Assembly (NCBI GenBank): GCA_020137815.1
Contig: CM035353.1
Span: 3,162,001-3,226,000, forward strand
DNA length: 64,000 bases
Origin: Hormiphora californensis
Lineage: Eukaryota; Animalia; Ctenophora
Reading direction: 5' to 3'
In this document: piece by piece, positions 41,201-56,576 of the stretch
Layout of the letters: the number at the start of each line of letters is the position of its first letter
Position numbering within the stretch: the stretch's first letter is position 1
Made by a program: the position numbers and the translations under genes
The notes under the pieces: model-generated
Told to the model about the DNA's origin: nothing
Database searches by the model: none
The model's input: only the letters and a program-made list of their open reading frames with translations

Positions 41201-42139
41201 TTGGGGACCCTCCGCACTTAGTGATACCAGCACCGCTAATGATGGCCGTGAGGTACTAATATAAGATAAACAAGGATATAAAGTGGTACCAAATCTGTAC
41301 CGAACTTGTTTATACACCTCAAGGGAAATTATCATTGTCTGGAATAGTAAATAAGAGCATTGATCAAACTGTAATACCCTACCCCATAAGGCATAAATCA
41401 AACAAACGGTTTCGGTGACTCACACAGCTGCGGATTCTGTCGATTTCTGAATAGTGCTTCACATCGCATTTCCCCACAATGTGGTCGATAAATCTCTCTA
41501 CAAGCTCAATGATGTCCCTTCTCTTGAACGACTGAAAGGGTTTACAGGGTTATTTTGTTGGATATATTGGGTAAATAAGATGATCATTTGAGGGGAAATC
41601 TATATGATGAAATCTTTCTTATATCTATTTTATCGTTGAATTGTATTTTTGAAGTTTGAAACGATGACTAAACTGAGCAAAGGGGTTCGGGGTTTCATAC
41701 CCGACGAAGATGCGGTGGGAAATAGTTAGTGGTTGCCGTTGAGGTTGAATGAGCGAGGGTGAAAGTGAGTTTACTCTGAAAAGTGTTTTGAAGTGAAATA
41801 TGGAGTGTTTTGAAGTGTTTTGAAGTGAAATATATGGACATTTTTGAGATTGAGTTTGAGATTTACAATCAGAAGATATAACACCCTAATAATCAGAATC
41901 ATGTAGACAATTTACCCTTTTAGGCTCCTTGGTAACGTGTGTATCGTACACATCAATAATCTCGTCTTCTTCCTCGAGCGGGACTAGCAGCCAAATAATC
42001 CGGCTACAAAAATGCCGCACCTGACCAATTATCGTCGTCTCCTCCTGCTCTTTTACCTCCTTGTGCACTTCTTCGTCCCACGAGGGGCAGGACAACATCT
42101 GAGAGAGTGAGAGAGGGGAGAGAGATGGGAGAGAAAGAA

Positions 42140-42171
<32 letters not shown>

Positions 42172-42186
42172 AGAGCAGAGATGAGA

Positions 42187-42243
<57 letters not shown>

Positions 42244-42260
42244 CCGCCTGGGGGGGAGAG

Positions 42261-42318
<58 letters not shown>

Positions 42319-42913
42319 GAGGTAGAGAGAGAAACATATCCAGTGAGATAATATATTTCAGTGAACATTATAGTTACCCGTAAAGCTGAATGGATAAGGG
42401 CACGCTGGGATATTTCTGACATGACTCTGCACATGTTTACTGTCCTCCGTGTACCTAAATAACAGCGTGTGTTAACTCTATGTATGTTGAGGTTCTATCC
42501 ATCAATCAGTGTCAATGTGTGTGATCCAATGCCTGAGAGTGTGTGAGTGCGCCGCGCAGAGCCTAACTTTCCAATACTGACACAAGGAGCTTTCATACGA
42601 TGCGTCTCTGCGCGCACTCCGTGAAACAGCAGGTTTTGTCAGACCTGTCAAGTGCGGCACAACTTTTAAATTCCTCTCTTTGCTGCTGCTGCTGCACCAC
42701 TTTATCATATGTGAATGAACCTGGAACGTAATATATAGCTCAGCCCCCTCTCTCTCCACTCTGCGAGGGACTGTCCCGGTACTATGCAAAAACTCGTGCT
42801 GCTCAGTCATAAATTGCAGAACCGCAGGACTTAATGACAAAGCTATTGGGTAGGAGGGGCGGAGAGAGAGAGAGAGCGAGAGAGAGAGAGAGAGAGAGAG
42901 GACGTAGATTGGA

Positions 42914-42944
<31 letters not shown>

Positions 42945-43723
42945 TAGAGATAGAGAGCGGGCAGAGAGGAGAGAGAGAGCTAGATCGAGAGAGGAGACGA
43001 GAGAGGAGCGAGAGTACAGAGAGAGAGAAGAGAAGAGAGAAGATAGGATGACCGAGGTGTAGATACCTGTACTGATCGAAACGTTCAGTGGCTAATGTAG
43101 CCTGACCAGTGCATTTCCCCATTTGTTTGTTTTGTTACACAGCGAGAGGCGATGTGGGAGAGAGAGAGAGAGAGAGAGTGTTCGTGTGCAAGACATCCGA
43201 AGGACGTTGGTGTGTACCGTGTAGTGTGTAACCCACATACACACAGTGCAGCGTGCAGTACTTTTTTGTTATATCGGGGGTGAAGGGAGAGAAAGGGAGG
43301 CCAAACAAGGCCTTCTTTTCTCCTTCTCCCTTTATCTCCCTCTCTCTCTTTGTACCTCTACACCGCTAGCACTCTCTCTTTCTATGTTTTTATGTCTCTT
43401 TCCCTCTCTGTATCTCTCTCACCCTGGAAGCCTCTCAACACGCCATTACAATGTGGAATGTGACTGAGAAAGTGCCCCCGCTGTGCTATTCCATACTTTA
43501 ATCTTCAGTCACATAACTCTCTCTCCTTCTCTCACTCACCTCTATATCTCCCCCCTCTCTCACCCAAAAAAAGAAGGTGAATGAGAGGACCTCTAAAGTC
43601 CGACCTGGTACTACACTAACCCATTATTGATGATACTCTCATCGTTGCATCGTTGTAACGTCAGCTTGCCCTCTTTCTCCATTGTCTCGAACACCTCCAG
43701 TATGTGTTGCTGAAAGAAAGAGA

Positions 43724-43785
<62 letters not shown>

Positions 43786-43788
43786 TAG

Positions 43789-43843
<55 letters not shown>

Positions 43844-46599
43844 GAGTGAGAGAGAGTGTGTGAGTGTGTATTACCGATAATTGTTGGGCACCTAAAACAA
43901 TTAGCAAGTACGCCACCAACCGGAAGGGTTAACGCTTCCAGAAGGAATTAGAAACAAATCGTCTTCAAAATAATAATTGAACCATACATTGACAAGTTAG
44001 CACATTACAAGAGGTATTATTTAAAACCAATGTATGTACTATGATCTAATAATTGTCTAGGAAGCAACTTTCCGAAGATAACCCTACAATACAAGTATGC
44101 ACTTGAGAGGGGTTACACAGTACACACAGAGGGAAGATCTGTATTTCATCATCTGTGAACAGGAAAGTGGCAATTGATTTTGTTCTAGATACTCGATCCA
44201 GCTAGCAATATAGTCTGAACAAACTTCCTTCACACTCCTGACTAACCTGAACTACCTACGCAGCCACATTTCACTGCGCCCCGCATGTAAAGGGGGGGGG
44301 GGGCAGGGGTTAGAACATTATATATGACAAGACTAACCTGGACAACACAGTAAAACGCACGCTCCCAAAATGCCAGGCTCTGCCAAATGTTGTGAGTCTG
44401 TACAATTGTATACATAAACTGGACAGTGCCGTAGCCAAGTTGCTGAGGAGGGGCGGGAGTTATACATTATTTATATGGGAATATAGTCGTTATATTTTAA
44501 TACAGTCGGACCCCGATTTACCGGGATGCTCGGGGGAAAGGGTTTTGCCCGGTAAATCGGGGTCCCCGGTATATCGGGGCAAAATACCGTCAATTTCCTA
44601 TATCAGGGGAAGTTTATCCTCCCGGTAAATCGGGGTTCCGGTAAATCGGGGCCCGGTAAATCGGGGTCTGACTGTATGTATTAGTGCGTAAATAATACAT
44701 TGAGTAGACTTGCTACTTGCTAGAGCACAAAAACCGACCGAATCAGGAAATACTGGTCCCTTATTGGCTGATAATCAGTCACGTGACCTAAATAACGAGT
44801 TCTGATTGGTTATTTACTTGTTTCGGTCGGTTCCTGATATGTAGCTTACCCGACAGAATTTGTCCGTGAGAGGCATGATTTTAATAGCGAAGTCACCAGC
44901 ATCCACACCTCGATCATTCTGGGAAAACGATTTAAATTTAAAATATTTAAAATTATATTTAAAATGTTTAAATTTAAAATCATTTTCTTCTGTTCTGCTG
45001 AGAGAGAAAAGTATTTAAATGTAAACATATATTATATTCGCTCAATTTCAATCTCGTGTTTCTCTTGTTTGGTCGACCGTAGCCGTATGTGGTGGTGGTG
45101 GTGGTACAGATAGGTTATAGCGTGCCAAACTCTGCCCGTTAGGGCAGAACGACATTGCAACCTCGTCATAGCGTCTGTCATCGTGTTGTGGTCAGTTGAT
45201 ATCATTGCATTCATATTGTCAGTCAGTCATTGTACTTGCAAGACACTTACGCAGCCCCCACGGTTAAAGGTCGGTTGCACTCTTCGCATCTCCGCCCCGT
45301 GAGGACATTGCAGTTATCTTGCGAATAAGCAAAAAGACAAGTTAGGGGGCACATTTTCAAGCTTTGGTGGCTGTGCAGGTAGGCCTGTTCGTTTGTTTGT
45401 TACGACGACGGTCCGTCGAGTGGACACTTCTCAAGCTTGGGTCTGGGGTAGTCTGTCTATAGTAGCTCTAATTAAATTATTGATTGGTAAGGTTTACTCC
45501 GGAATCATTATCAATGGTACACAATAGATGAACAGACAATACAGACAGATGAACTTACAGCTTTTTGATGTATGATTGGTACCGTGATGTTGTTGGTGAT
45601 CAGATGAGAGGTGTACCATTTCCACTTCCAGTAGAGATCAAGATGAACAAAAATGATCAAATACAAATAAGAGGTGGGACAGATTGTAGCGTCCCTAGAA
45701 TGTGTACGATGTTCTATAGGACAAGACGGGTGGAACAGATAAGAACAATTGTGAGTTGTTACACGCGATAAGCGACTTAGTGAGACCACAGTTTTGAAGA
45801 TAGAAACTTGAAATTTTGGGAATCATTAGGGGATATAGAGGAGCATTGGCACAAAGAGTATGTTTTGAGACAGAGCAATATTATGGACGTGACCTGAGTA
45901 CAAGAAAACGAGCAGGTATTGAGTGCGTTAGAAATCAGATATTAGAGGTACTGTGTTGAAAGATACAGGAAAGGAGCACTATTTGACAGAATGACTGAAC
46001 CAGACTAGGCGATGCGGTTGTAAATTGATAGATTTAGGATTAAAGAGAGACTTAGACGGGTGTATGTCAGTGTAACAGAGCATTCAAAATGAAACATATA
46101 TGAAACTGCAAATGTATGAACTCCCGTAGCCGTATGTGTGATTAAATATAATCTCGAGAATTATATTTGAACTCTCCACCTGAATTTATTTCTTTCTCCT
46201 TCAGCTCAGTCTGAGGAATTCTCACTTTCTTTCTATTACTCTCTCGTTATCTGTAGAATTCTCACTTCCTTTCTATTACTTTCTCGTTCTCGGTAGAATT
46301 CTCACTTCCTTTCTATCACTCTCTCGTTCTCGGTAGAATTCTCACTTCCTTTCTATAACTCTCTCGTTCTCTGTAGAATTCTCACTTCCTTTCTATAACT
46401 CTCTCGTTCTCTGTAGAATTCTCACTTCCTTTCTATAACTCTCTCGTTCAATTTCCAATCCATACCAGCCATAATGGCACGCCCAGGCACTCTGTAGATT
46501 ATAGATAGATACCACCCATAACGCCAAATAGATTGCTTACAAACCAACCACCATGATGAAGTGAAGTTACACTCGGACCACCACCCCCACATTAGAAAA

Positions 46600-46664
<65 letters not shown>

Positions 46665-46674
46665 GAGAGAGAGT

Positions 46675-46729
<55 letters not shown>

Positions 46730-46742
46730 AGAGAGAGAGAGT

Positions 46743-46786
<44 letters not shown>

Positions 46787-46802
46787 GAGAGAGAGGAAGA
46801 GC

Positions 46803-46833
<31 letters not shown>

Positions 46834-47205
46834 CGAGATGGAGGAGTATCCATGTATGTGTGTGTGTACAGTGTGTACACGCCGGTGATTGGTGGTGAAG
46901 TCAATTACCAAGTCATATGTCTACGTGTAATGTGCAGTAGTGCAGGGTGGATATCTCTCTCTATCTCCCTCTCTCTATCTATCTCTCCTTCTCTATCTAT
47001 CTGTCCTTCTCTATCTATCTCCTACCCGCACTTCTCTAAAATCGGAAGACATCTCTTCAACAATTCCACTAACTAGTCCTAAATCTCTCCATAACTTTTC
47101 CTTTCATTTTACATGCATGAAATATTACACATTAAATATTACAGTGTACGCCCTCTAACTAAATCCCCCCTCTCTGTCTCTCACTCTCGCTCTTACTCTA
47201 TCTCC

Positions 47206-47285
<80 letters not shown>

Positions 47286-47288
47286 CTA

Positions 47289-47326
<38 letters not shown>

Positions 47327-47328
47327 TA

Positions 47329-47404
<76 letters not shown>

Positions 47405-47527
47405 TATCTCTCTCTCGTCATATGCAACTCACTATTCTCTCACACGTACCACCACACTTAACACATTGATCCAGGTGTTCCAGCGTGTAATATTAGCATT
47501 ATACAGTGACCTAATCCTGAATGGGAT

Positions 47528-47589
<62 letters not shown>

Positions 47590-50500
47590 TGAGAAAGAGA
47601 GAGAGAAAGATAGAGAAAGATAGAGAAAGATAGAGACTGAAAAATATATCTGTACCACTGACAAGGGTGCCTCATTACTCTCACACTTCTCAGTTGTAAA
47701 CAACAAGATCTCAGATATTCCGCATTTAACAGGTGATACATATATTACAACATGCGGAAAGGATTTTTCACACAAAGAATCGGGTTAGAACATTTAACCA
47801 AATTATACCTCAAGACTGGTGTTAATTAGGACGGACAAAATGTCAAACTGGGCCGGTGTCAGGGATGTTTTGTTGTTTGGTATGGCCGTCAGCTCCGCCA
47901 CAAAACTGTTTCGTATCGTTGACTCGTTTAGCGCTACGATTGCTTTATTTTGCAGCTGCGAAGGGGCAATAGAGGATACTATTATGTACAGGAATAGGCA
48001 TACACAAGATTATTAGGGGGTATCATGTATAATCCCGGATAGCTCGGATAGCCCGGATATCAATCGTTAATCAATCGAACTAAATTTTAGTAGGGAGTTG
48101 GAAAAAAAGGAGGATATTCTTCAAAATTTAAAACACAATATTGTACCTTTTTCGCTAGGAATATCTGTTTATTGAACATTGCCGTTAGACAGTTCTGTAA
48201 ATCGTTGTTCATTTTCCGTAATTTCTGTTTTGTCCGGACTGTCCGGGCTGGCTTTATTTCGACAGGTACCGCCCGGTCCCGAATTATCGACTTCGGCTCT
48301 TGTGATACTGCGGAGATGAATTGATCAGTCAAAAACGGTGCACGGATTTGTTTTCCGCTCCTAACAAATACTAACTTGTGATGTGCACCCCAAAAGATAT
48401 AGATATCACATACGCACGAGTTTGGGGTGACAACTTCAAAAAAGCAAACTTTAGGGGTACATTAAATTGTTTATTGTTATTCGTACCAGGAACCGACCAA
48501 ATCAGGAAATACTGGTCCCTGATTGGCTGATAACCAGTCACGTGAACTAAATAACGAGTTCTGATTGGTTGTTTACTTGTTTCGGTCGGTTCCTGATTCG
48601 TACCTGGTGGAGTGGGTGGTTGTGTGGCATCATTCTCAGCCATCATCTCTGCTATCCGATAATCCCGGAGAAAGGGAAACTTCAGGTCGTCTCTGAAATC
48701 ATCATGGGTTCATTACAATATGAAGGAGCCGACCACCGGAAACTTGGTTGGTGACATTGGAAATGAGCGGGGGTTGCCAGAGATATGGAGTTGTATCTAG
48801 TGGGTATATATATGTTGGAAGTGATGATTTAGTGTGAGATGTTGTTGCTGGTTATATATTATGGTATCAGGCAGTAATTTAACTTCTCAGCGACACAGCT
48901 AGATCTACCGCTGACAGCCAGACAGGTTCCTGTTATATCAGGTTGTACAAGCTGTCACGAAATGTTTAGACAACATTTTTCAAACAAGATACATAATATA
49001 TCTTCACCTTTCTTGAAATCTTTCCTTCTAGATCTTATTCTATACTAAGACAAGCATAACTTTCTCTTTTGCACTAGATTATATTCGCTGATTTATTGCC
49101 TCGTGGCTAGTGCAAGACATAAATATCTTAGAAAACAAAAGATACTATCAGAGAAACCTCATACATGGAGATACCGAGGGCGGTAAATTTTAAGAAGAGA
49201 AAGGTAGAAGCGGCGAATTTAGCGAAAAAGAAAGATACCCCATAAGTACATATCGTACAACATACAGACAAACAGAGATACACATTTAATGGGACAAACA
49301 TAGTATTCAAACTAACACATTAATGGATACATATACTAATAACCCTTGAAGGTATAATACTCAGCTTGAGAATAGTAACACATTACAAACACTTCAGCTG
49401 CTATAGGGACCAACTAATGAAATCTTACAAACTGAGAAAGCCGTTGAAGTAGAGCACCGTTGACCCGATTCCCATACGCTCTCCATCACCAATGAATCAC
49501 CCCCACCCGGTACAAATCGCCGCAGCGTGCGTCTTAATCAACTCCTCTAGGGTATGACACCTCCATTGGCAACCCCCCTCTCTTTGCACGTTGGATACTA
49601 CTCATGGCCGTCCACGCATTGCAATTATATAAGGAAATTTCAGATTACAAGATTTGGTACAAGATTTTACAACTATTTCGTCTCAAATAAATAATACAAC
49701 ATATTAAAGTTGGGCGAGAGAGAAGAAGATATAAGAGTTAAATTAGGAAAACAAGACCCAGACAGGACCGACATACTGCACCGACTCAGTGACCAAAATA
49801 TCGAGTTGTATGGTTTTTTTACTTGTGGGGGCCGGTTTCCTATCCTTTATTTTATTATCCCTTGTCGGGGGTGTGTTTACGGTTTGTACGGCTTTTCCCC
49901 GTCTCTTTTTTTAGCAGTTTCCCTGTTAGTCTCGACATCTCGGGGGAGCCCGAAAAGAACCCCGTTATACATAATTTTTGGGGAATTAGGGAAATTTAGG
50001 GGAAGGGTTTTTTTTTCCCCCATATGGAAATTAACATTTCCCCCGATTTATTGGGAACCCCTTTAGGGGAAAGAGTTTTTCCCCCGGGGGCCCAAAGGGG
50101 GTCGGGATTTATTGTCCAAAGTGGATATTTTACTTTAAACAAAATAACAAATTTTTCGGGGGTTGTAACTTTTTCGGCGGTCCTCCATGTTTTTAGCTTG
50201 GGGAAGATGGATATTATAGTGTACAAGAACTAGATAGTACGGGTGTGTGTGTATGTGACATATCTTTCAACGTAGCTATTATCCTCTCTCTCGGCGGGGC
50301 GTCTGTTGTAGAACTAATCAGGGCAGGGGAAAGAGAGGGGAGAGAGAAGAAGGAGAGAGAGAGGGGAAAGAAGAGAGAAAGAGAGAGAGGAGAAAGAGGG
50401 GAGGGAGAGGGAGAGAGAGAAGAGAAGAGAGGAGAGGGGGGGAGGGGAGGGGGGAGAGAGAAGAGGGCGGGAGAGAGAGAAAAAAGAGAGGGGGGGGAGA

Positions 50501-52676
50501 AAAGAGAGAAGGGGGGGAGAGACGGAAGAGGAGAGAGGGGAAAAAATGTGTGTTTTTAGAAGCTAAGAAATTACATCTGTCATAATATATGACTTTAATA
50601 AGTTGCTTTTCCGTCTTCTAAGCTTCACTAAAGGTGTACCTTGCTCACTACTGAGCAGGATTTTATTTAAAGGTTCCAACTGCACGGTTAAAAACCCTTT
50701 CTTCCGACTATCCCGGTAAAGCGGGGTCCGACCGCATGCCATCTAGTTGGGGGGCACATGTGAGTGACAGTAAGCTACTACCCAGGTAGCGTAATCAATG
50801 TATCTTTCCAGTGAATGGTGCGAGTGTGTAAGAAGTGGGGCGCCCTGGGACAATGAGAAAGAGGAGAGAGAGAGAGGGGGGGGGGGGGGTAGGGAAAGAG
50901 AAAAAAAATAAAGAGAAAAAAATAAGCTATTTTGAATGAGGCATGTATCCGATTTCATTGCGGCTTACTTTTTAGGGCTACATGTTCATTATAAAAACAT
51001 GCCATACATTGCACAAATAATCATTCCAAATTGGTTTCTTTTACTCTTTTTGAAGGAATAGACAAACCCAATACTACTTCGCACTGAGATGTACCCCTAA
51101 TGTTCACATCGCCACCATCCCTGACCAGACGTATTGCCTAACTAACACCTAATACTATTACGGACCTGGTCCTGACTGGCGTTCACTCGGGAGGTTTATC
51201 GCTCACACTCTTTACAAGTTCATCAAACAACGTGGCAACTCTGAACGGTGGTCCGTACTCGTCTACGAAATGAGACCAGGACATGGTCTCAAAGAGTTTC
51301 AGTACGCTTTGCTCTTTCTGAGGGGGGACAGATTAGAGGGTTAGTAGGAGGAGATTACTTTAACCCTTCCGTTTACGTTTTGTATAACTTTTGCATACCC
51401 CTTCGAATTCTTTGCCGGGCACAGGTTACATGATCTACTAGGAAGATAAATACGGCGGTATCATTAAACACTCTATTAACTGGTGACGTAATAGCATTAT
51501 TTAGGGGGTGTTATAGGGCATGCACACGATATATATGTAGGACATGTTTTATTTATCTTAGAGAATACCTTGATAGTTGATACATGCTGTATAATTTAGT
51601 TCTCTCTCGTATGTCGTTCAGCTAGCTTTCTCTCTCTCTCTCTCTCTGTCTCGCTATCTCTCTCTCTATCTCTCTATCTCACACTCTCAGATAAGAAGGT
51701 ATGAATTACAATGGTCATTTAACGGCTAAATTTACCAAATCTATGATCTCCCACAGGTGGGTATGAGTGTGAGTGTGTGTGTATAATTGCTTGGAGTCGG
51801 AGATCAAAGAAGAATTTTGTCATGGTCTGGGGGATAATCACTTCAAAAATAGAATGGAATCAAATACAACACAGAAACAAGAATGTCAAGAATTAGCTGA
51901 AATTCTTTCTTCGACAACTGCAGCTTCGCGTAAAAATCGATCAACTAAATTTTTTCCCAGCATAAGTGTGTTGACTGTCGAGTAGGTCGAAACTGTGACC
52001 ACACGTAATTAAATAGTAGTTTGAATGAACAACACAAAATACAAATATGAAATATTGTAATGATGCGTGTAGTAAAAGACTTATAGAAAATCCCTCTGCA
52101 ACCCCTTCCTATTCCGACCCCTTCCCCTCTAGATTGTAACTAGGAACCGACCGAATCAGGAAATACTGGTCCCTGATTGGCTGATAACCAGTCACGTGAC
52201 CTAAATAACGAGTTATGATTGGCTGTTTACTTGCTTCGGTCGGTTCCTGATTGTAACTCTCTGTAAAATTATCATGTACCTGAAATGATCGGATTTCCAG
52301 GAAACGTTGTTCGTTAAAGACAATAACAGGGCGGGGATGGGTCCTCACCACCATTAGGCAACATCTGTACTGGGCCAAGAGCCAGGCAAAAAACTGCATA
52401 AAGACCTGGGAGAAATTATTGATATTGATTATATAATTTGCCTTGCTCAGGCGGGTGCCCGACAAATGTTAAGGTTAGAGTTAGAACAAACCAAGAGCGG
52501 GAGGGGAGGGTACGTACCCTCGCTTACCGGTATACCGGTACTCAGCATTGATCTAGTTTCCATCTTACCGCTCTAATTTCTTTGTCCTGAACAACTGGCG
52601 GGGAGATGGTGCGAGGAACTGGAGCGTAGGCCAGATCATTTACCAGGTACTTCGGATCCAGGATTAGCTGAGAATG

Positions 52677-52743
<67 letters not shown>

Positions 52744-52744
52744 G

Positions 52745-52784
<40 letters not shown>

Positions 52785-55088
52785 TAATGGAAAAAGAAAG
52801 GGTCGAAAGAGGGAGTGAGAAAGAAGGGGAGAAAAATGATTATTTTTACCTTCAAACAGTGTGTGAGATATTTCCGGAACTGTGTGGGTAGTGGCGGGAT
52901 TTCATTCTCAATGGCGGTAGGTACGGTTAGCGTTCCGTTATCTAGATCCACCAACACTGTTCTCTGTAGGAGGAGGGATCATTATGTTGCAAAGTTATTG
53001 GGTGAGATACAGGAAGGATCATTATGTTACAAAGTGAGATACAGGAAGTGATAGTTCCAAATCCCCTCACCCAATTTGTGTGTGTGTGTGTGTGTGATTA
53101 GTCCGCATACTTTCTTTCAACACAGTCTGCTGATCTCTCTCTCTCTAGATCTAGGTTTATTATATCCCTCTTCTGACTATTGCACAGAGAAATGTGGATT
53201 TCATTCCATAGGCTCATGTTAGGATCGTTCTCTGTTTTTCATAACACATTATATTGTGCATTGCATACCACTATCTTTCTCTTTCTATCTCACTCTATCT
53301 CACTCTCTATCTCACTCTCTATCTAACTCTCTCTCACTCTATCTGCCACTTTCATTGTTCCACAATTAACTCCAACCGGTATCCATTCATCCCTAACTTT
53401 GCATATTTTGCATATCAATATTGGACCCGGGTCTGAACAGTGAACACCCTGTACAATGACTCACCCGAGTCTGAAGACAATGTACAATGACTCACAAATA
53501 TCTCTTCCTCAGCAGGGGTTGAGGGGAGGATGGATGGCAGACTGGAGACATGAATACCCGCCAGGTATGGAACTGGACTGTCAATGACTGCCAACAAGGT
53601 ATTGGGCAGCACAGGAATATAGCTGTAATGCCTGAACAGAAGAGAATGGTTTGTTTTAGAATAGGTCCCTACCGATGCCTAGATAGACTCTGCCCGCCCG
53701 CGAAACACAAATGTAAAGGAGGGTTAGGACATAACAACCCTACGTAGGCCTACCGATGATATAAATGTATCAATTAATCAGATAGTAACATACGTTACTG
53801 TGAGAGGGTAGATAAGCCACTGTGCGGCTTGGGCGGATGCCAGTAGGCTGTTGTAGTTGCTACTAATAAACAGTATCTTGTGGTCTGTTATCATGGACGC
53901 CACCAGCTTCAGAGTGTGACCAATACCTGGGGGAGAGGGATAGAGAGGATGTGGAGAGGGGGAGCTGGAGAGAGAGGATGGGGAGCTGGAGAGGGGGAGA
54001 AGGAGAGAGAGGATGGGGATAGAGAGGGGAGAGGGAGCTGGAGAGGGAGAGAGAGGATGCGGAGAGGGAGAAATATCAATTCAGTGCATTTGATATTTGT
54101 TGGATTCCAGTATTTTTTCTTTCTCTTTCCTCAGATGCTGTCTAAAGAAATCTAACGCAACGGTGTAATTTATAACATTTATTCTCAGAAGAAATAAGTG
54201 AGATAGATAACGGAATAAAGAGGCGGAGAGATAAATATTAGATGGATAAAGAGGCGGAGAGATAAATATTATAGATGGGGAGTTGTGAAAAAGGCAGAAA
54301 TAAAGGGAGAAGTGTGTTTATATACACGTTTAGTGCCAGTCTATGGCTTCTCCTCCAGCACAGAGGCAGAGGCTGAAAACGATATACAGCACACATCCAG
54401 CACACTATGATATAATGAAATGACAACCTAACACACCCCATGTTACTGCACTATGTATACAAACTGTGTGTTCCAAAAGACTCCAAAAACCCACCATCCT
54501 ACTACTATACTCACTGAGTATGAAGTATTATATACTGAGTATTAATCAGTATACTGTATACTGTATAGGATCAGTGGGTGAAGTCATTACTACAGCTCTA
54601 GCCCCCAACTTTATCAATTTTATTGTCATACTACATGACGTATGGATAAAATGCTCGCTTTGGAGAGGGCAGTATTAAGGGGGGGGGGCAGTATTTTGTC
54701 TTCTAGGAACATACCAATGGTGGAGACGAGATTGTAGATACTGGTGCCCGTAAAGGGTGGTTGACTTGCCAGATTTGTCTTTGCCACTGTGATGGACCTC
54801 CCGTCCAGGTTTATCACTAGGGGTCGCTCTATAACAAGGGGGTCCGGAACCTGGAAAAAAAGATATCATTTAGACGGCTGGGAACATGAACAGATTGGGG
54901 GCGGACGGATATATAATTGTAATTATATCCAATTGATTGGTTTTGTCTTCAAAGGGTTTAGCCACGTATCACTGACGTCTGACAGTTGAAAGTTGAAACT
55001 GGTCAAGTATAATCGTCAATGTGACCGCAATTCAACTGTGTGTATGTGTATGTGTGTGTATCTAGTGTCTGTGTGTGTATGTATGTGT

Positions 55089-55126
<38 letters not shown>

Positions 55127-55151
55127 GCGTGTGTGTGTGTGTGTGTGTATG

Positions 55152-55190
<39 letters not shown>

Positions 55191-55193
55191 GTG

Positions 55194-55280
<87 letters not shown>

Positions 55281-56524
55281 GGCTGGCAGATTGGGTGTGA
55301 GTTACAATGTAACACTTCCCTCTCCACTAACTTACAGTGACAGGTAAATATTATATCGAGCTCTCTAGTTGCTCAGTGCTGATCAGCTCTAATAATACTA
55401 TACTAATACTAGGATTGTTTTGGTAGTACAGACTCAGCAGTAGAAAAATACTATATTATATCAACAACAACAATGTACAGGGTGTTTTAATGATTGAACC
55501 ATCTCTCGATTTAGAGTGTTCACATTCAAAACTCTTCCATATACTATATAGTCAGAACAGAGCTGAATAACCTCAATCTCCCTCTCAATCTCCCTCTCAA
55601 TCTCCCTCTCAATCTCCCTCTCTATCTCCCTCTCTATCTCCCTTTCTATCTGTATAACCTACCACGGTGGATAGTAGAGTGGCAATGATGTTTTCCACTC
55701 CTTCCATCGCTTCCGCCTCACTCATCTCCTCCGCATCCTCAATGTACCGGTTATACAGTTCACACAAACACTCCTGCAATCAGATATCTGTAACAACTTC
55801 CCATATACTACAATCGGACCCTGATTTACCGGGATGCTCGGGGGAAATGGTTTTGTCCGGTAAATCGGGGTCCGACTGTATATGGAACAAAACAGATTTA
55901 ACTCTTACATTTTGTAACTCTTACATTTTGTAACGCTTACTGTAATTACTCTTACTTTGAACGTGTTGAAAAAGGGAAAGGAGGAGACGACACAGATGCA
56001 CTTGGGAGCGTATAGTGTCTGGGGGAGATCCGGACACGATGCTGACAAGCTTTGTCTTTTGCTGTCACTCCTGAAAATACATATGTCATATAATGAGATG
56101 GAGATGGAGGGAGATAAAGAGGGGGAGATAGAGGGTGGTAGATGGAGATGGAGGGAGATAGAGAGGGAGATATAGGGAGATAGAGAGGGAGATAGAGAGG
56201 GAGATAGAGGGAGAAAGGGAGAGATGTAAATTGTAGACTATGGGAAGAACAGTGGAGTATGTATTGTATATATATCCAGACTTATAATTTGAAGTATTAG
56301 AGAAGCACACTCCACACAGTGTATTTACAGGTGCACAGAAGGAAAACACTCCGGCACATACACTTCCGTCATGTTTTCTTGGGCGAGAGAGCGGTATGTG
56401 TGTATTTTGTGATATATGAAGTAAAGGGGAAAAGCGGGAAGAGTTGGTGCGTGTGTTTTGAAGCTGTGTGTGTAGCTTGGGGAGAGATAGAAAGAAAGAG
56501 AGATAAAAAGAGGGGAAGAGAGAT

Positions 56525-56576
<52 letters not shown>

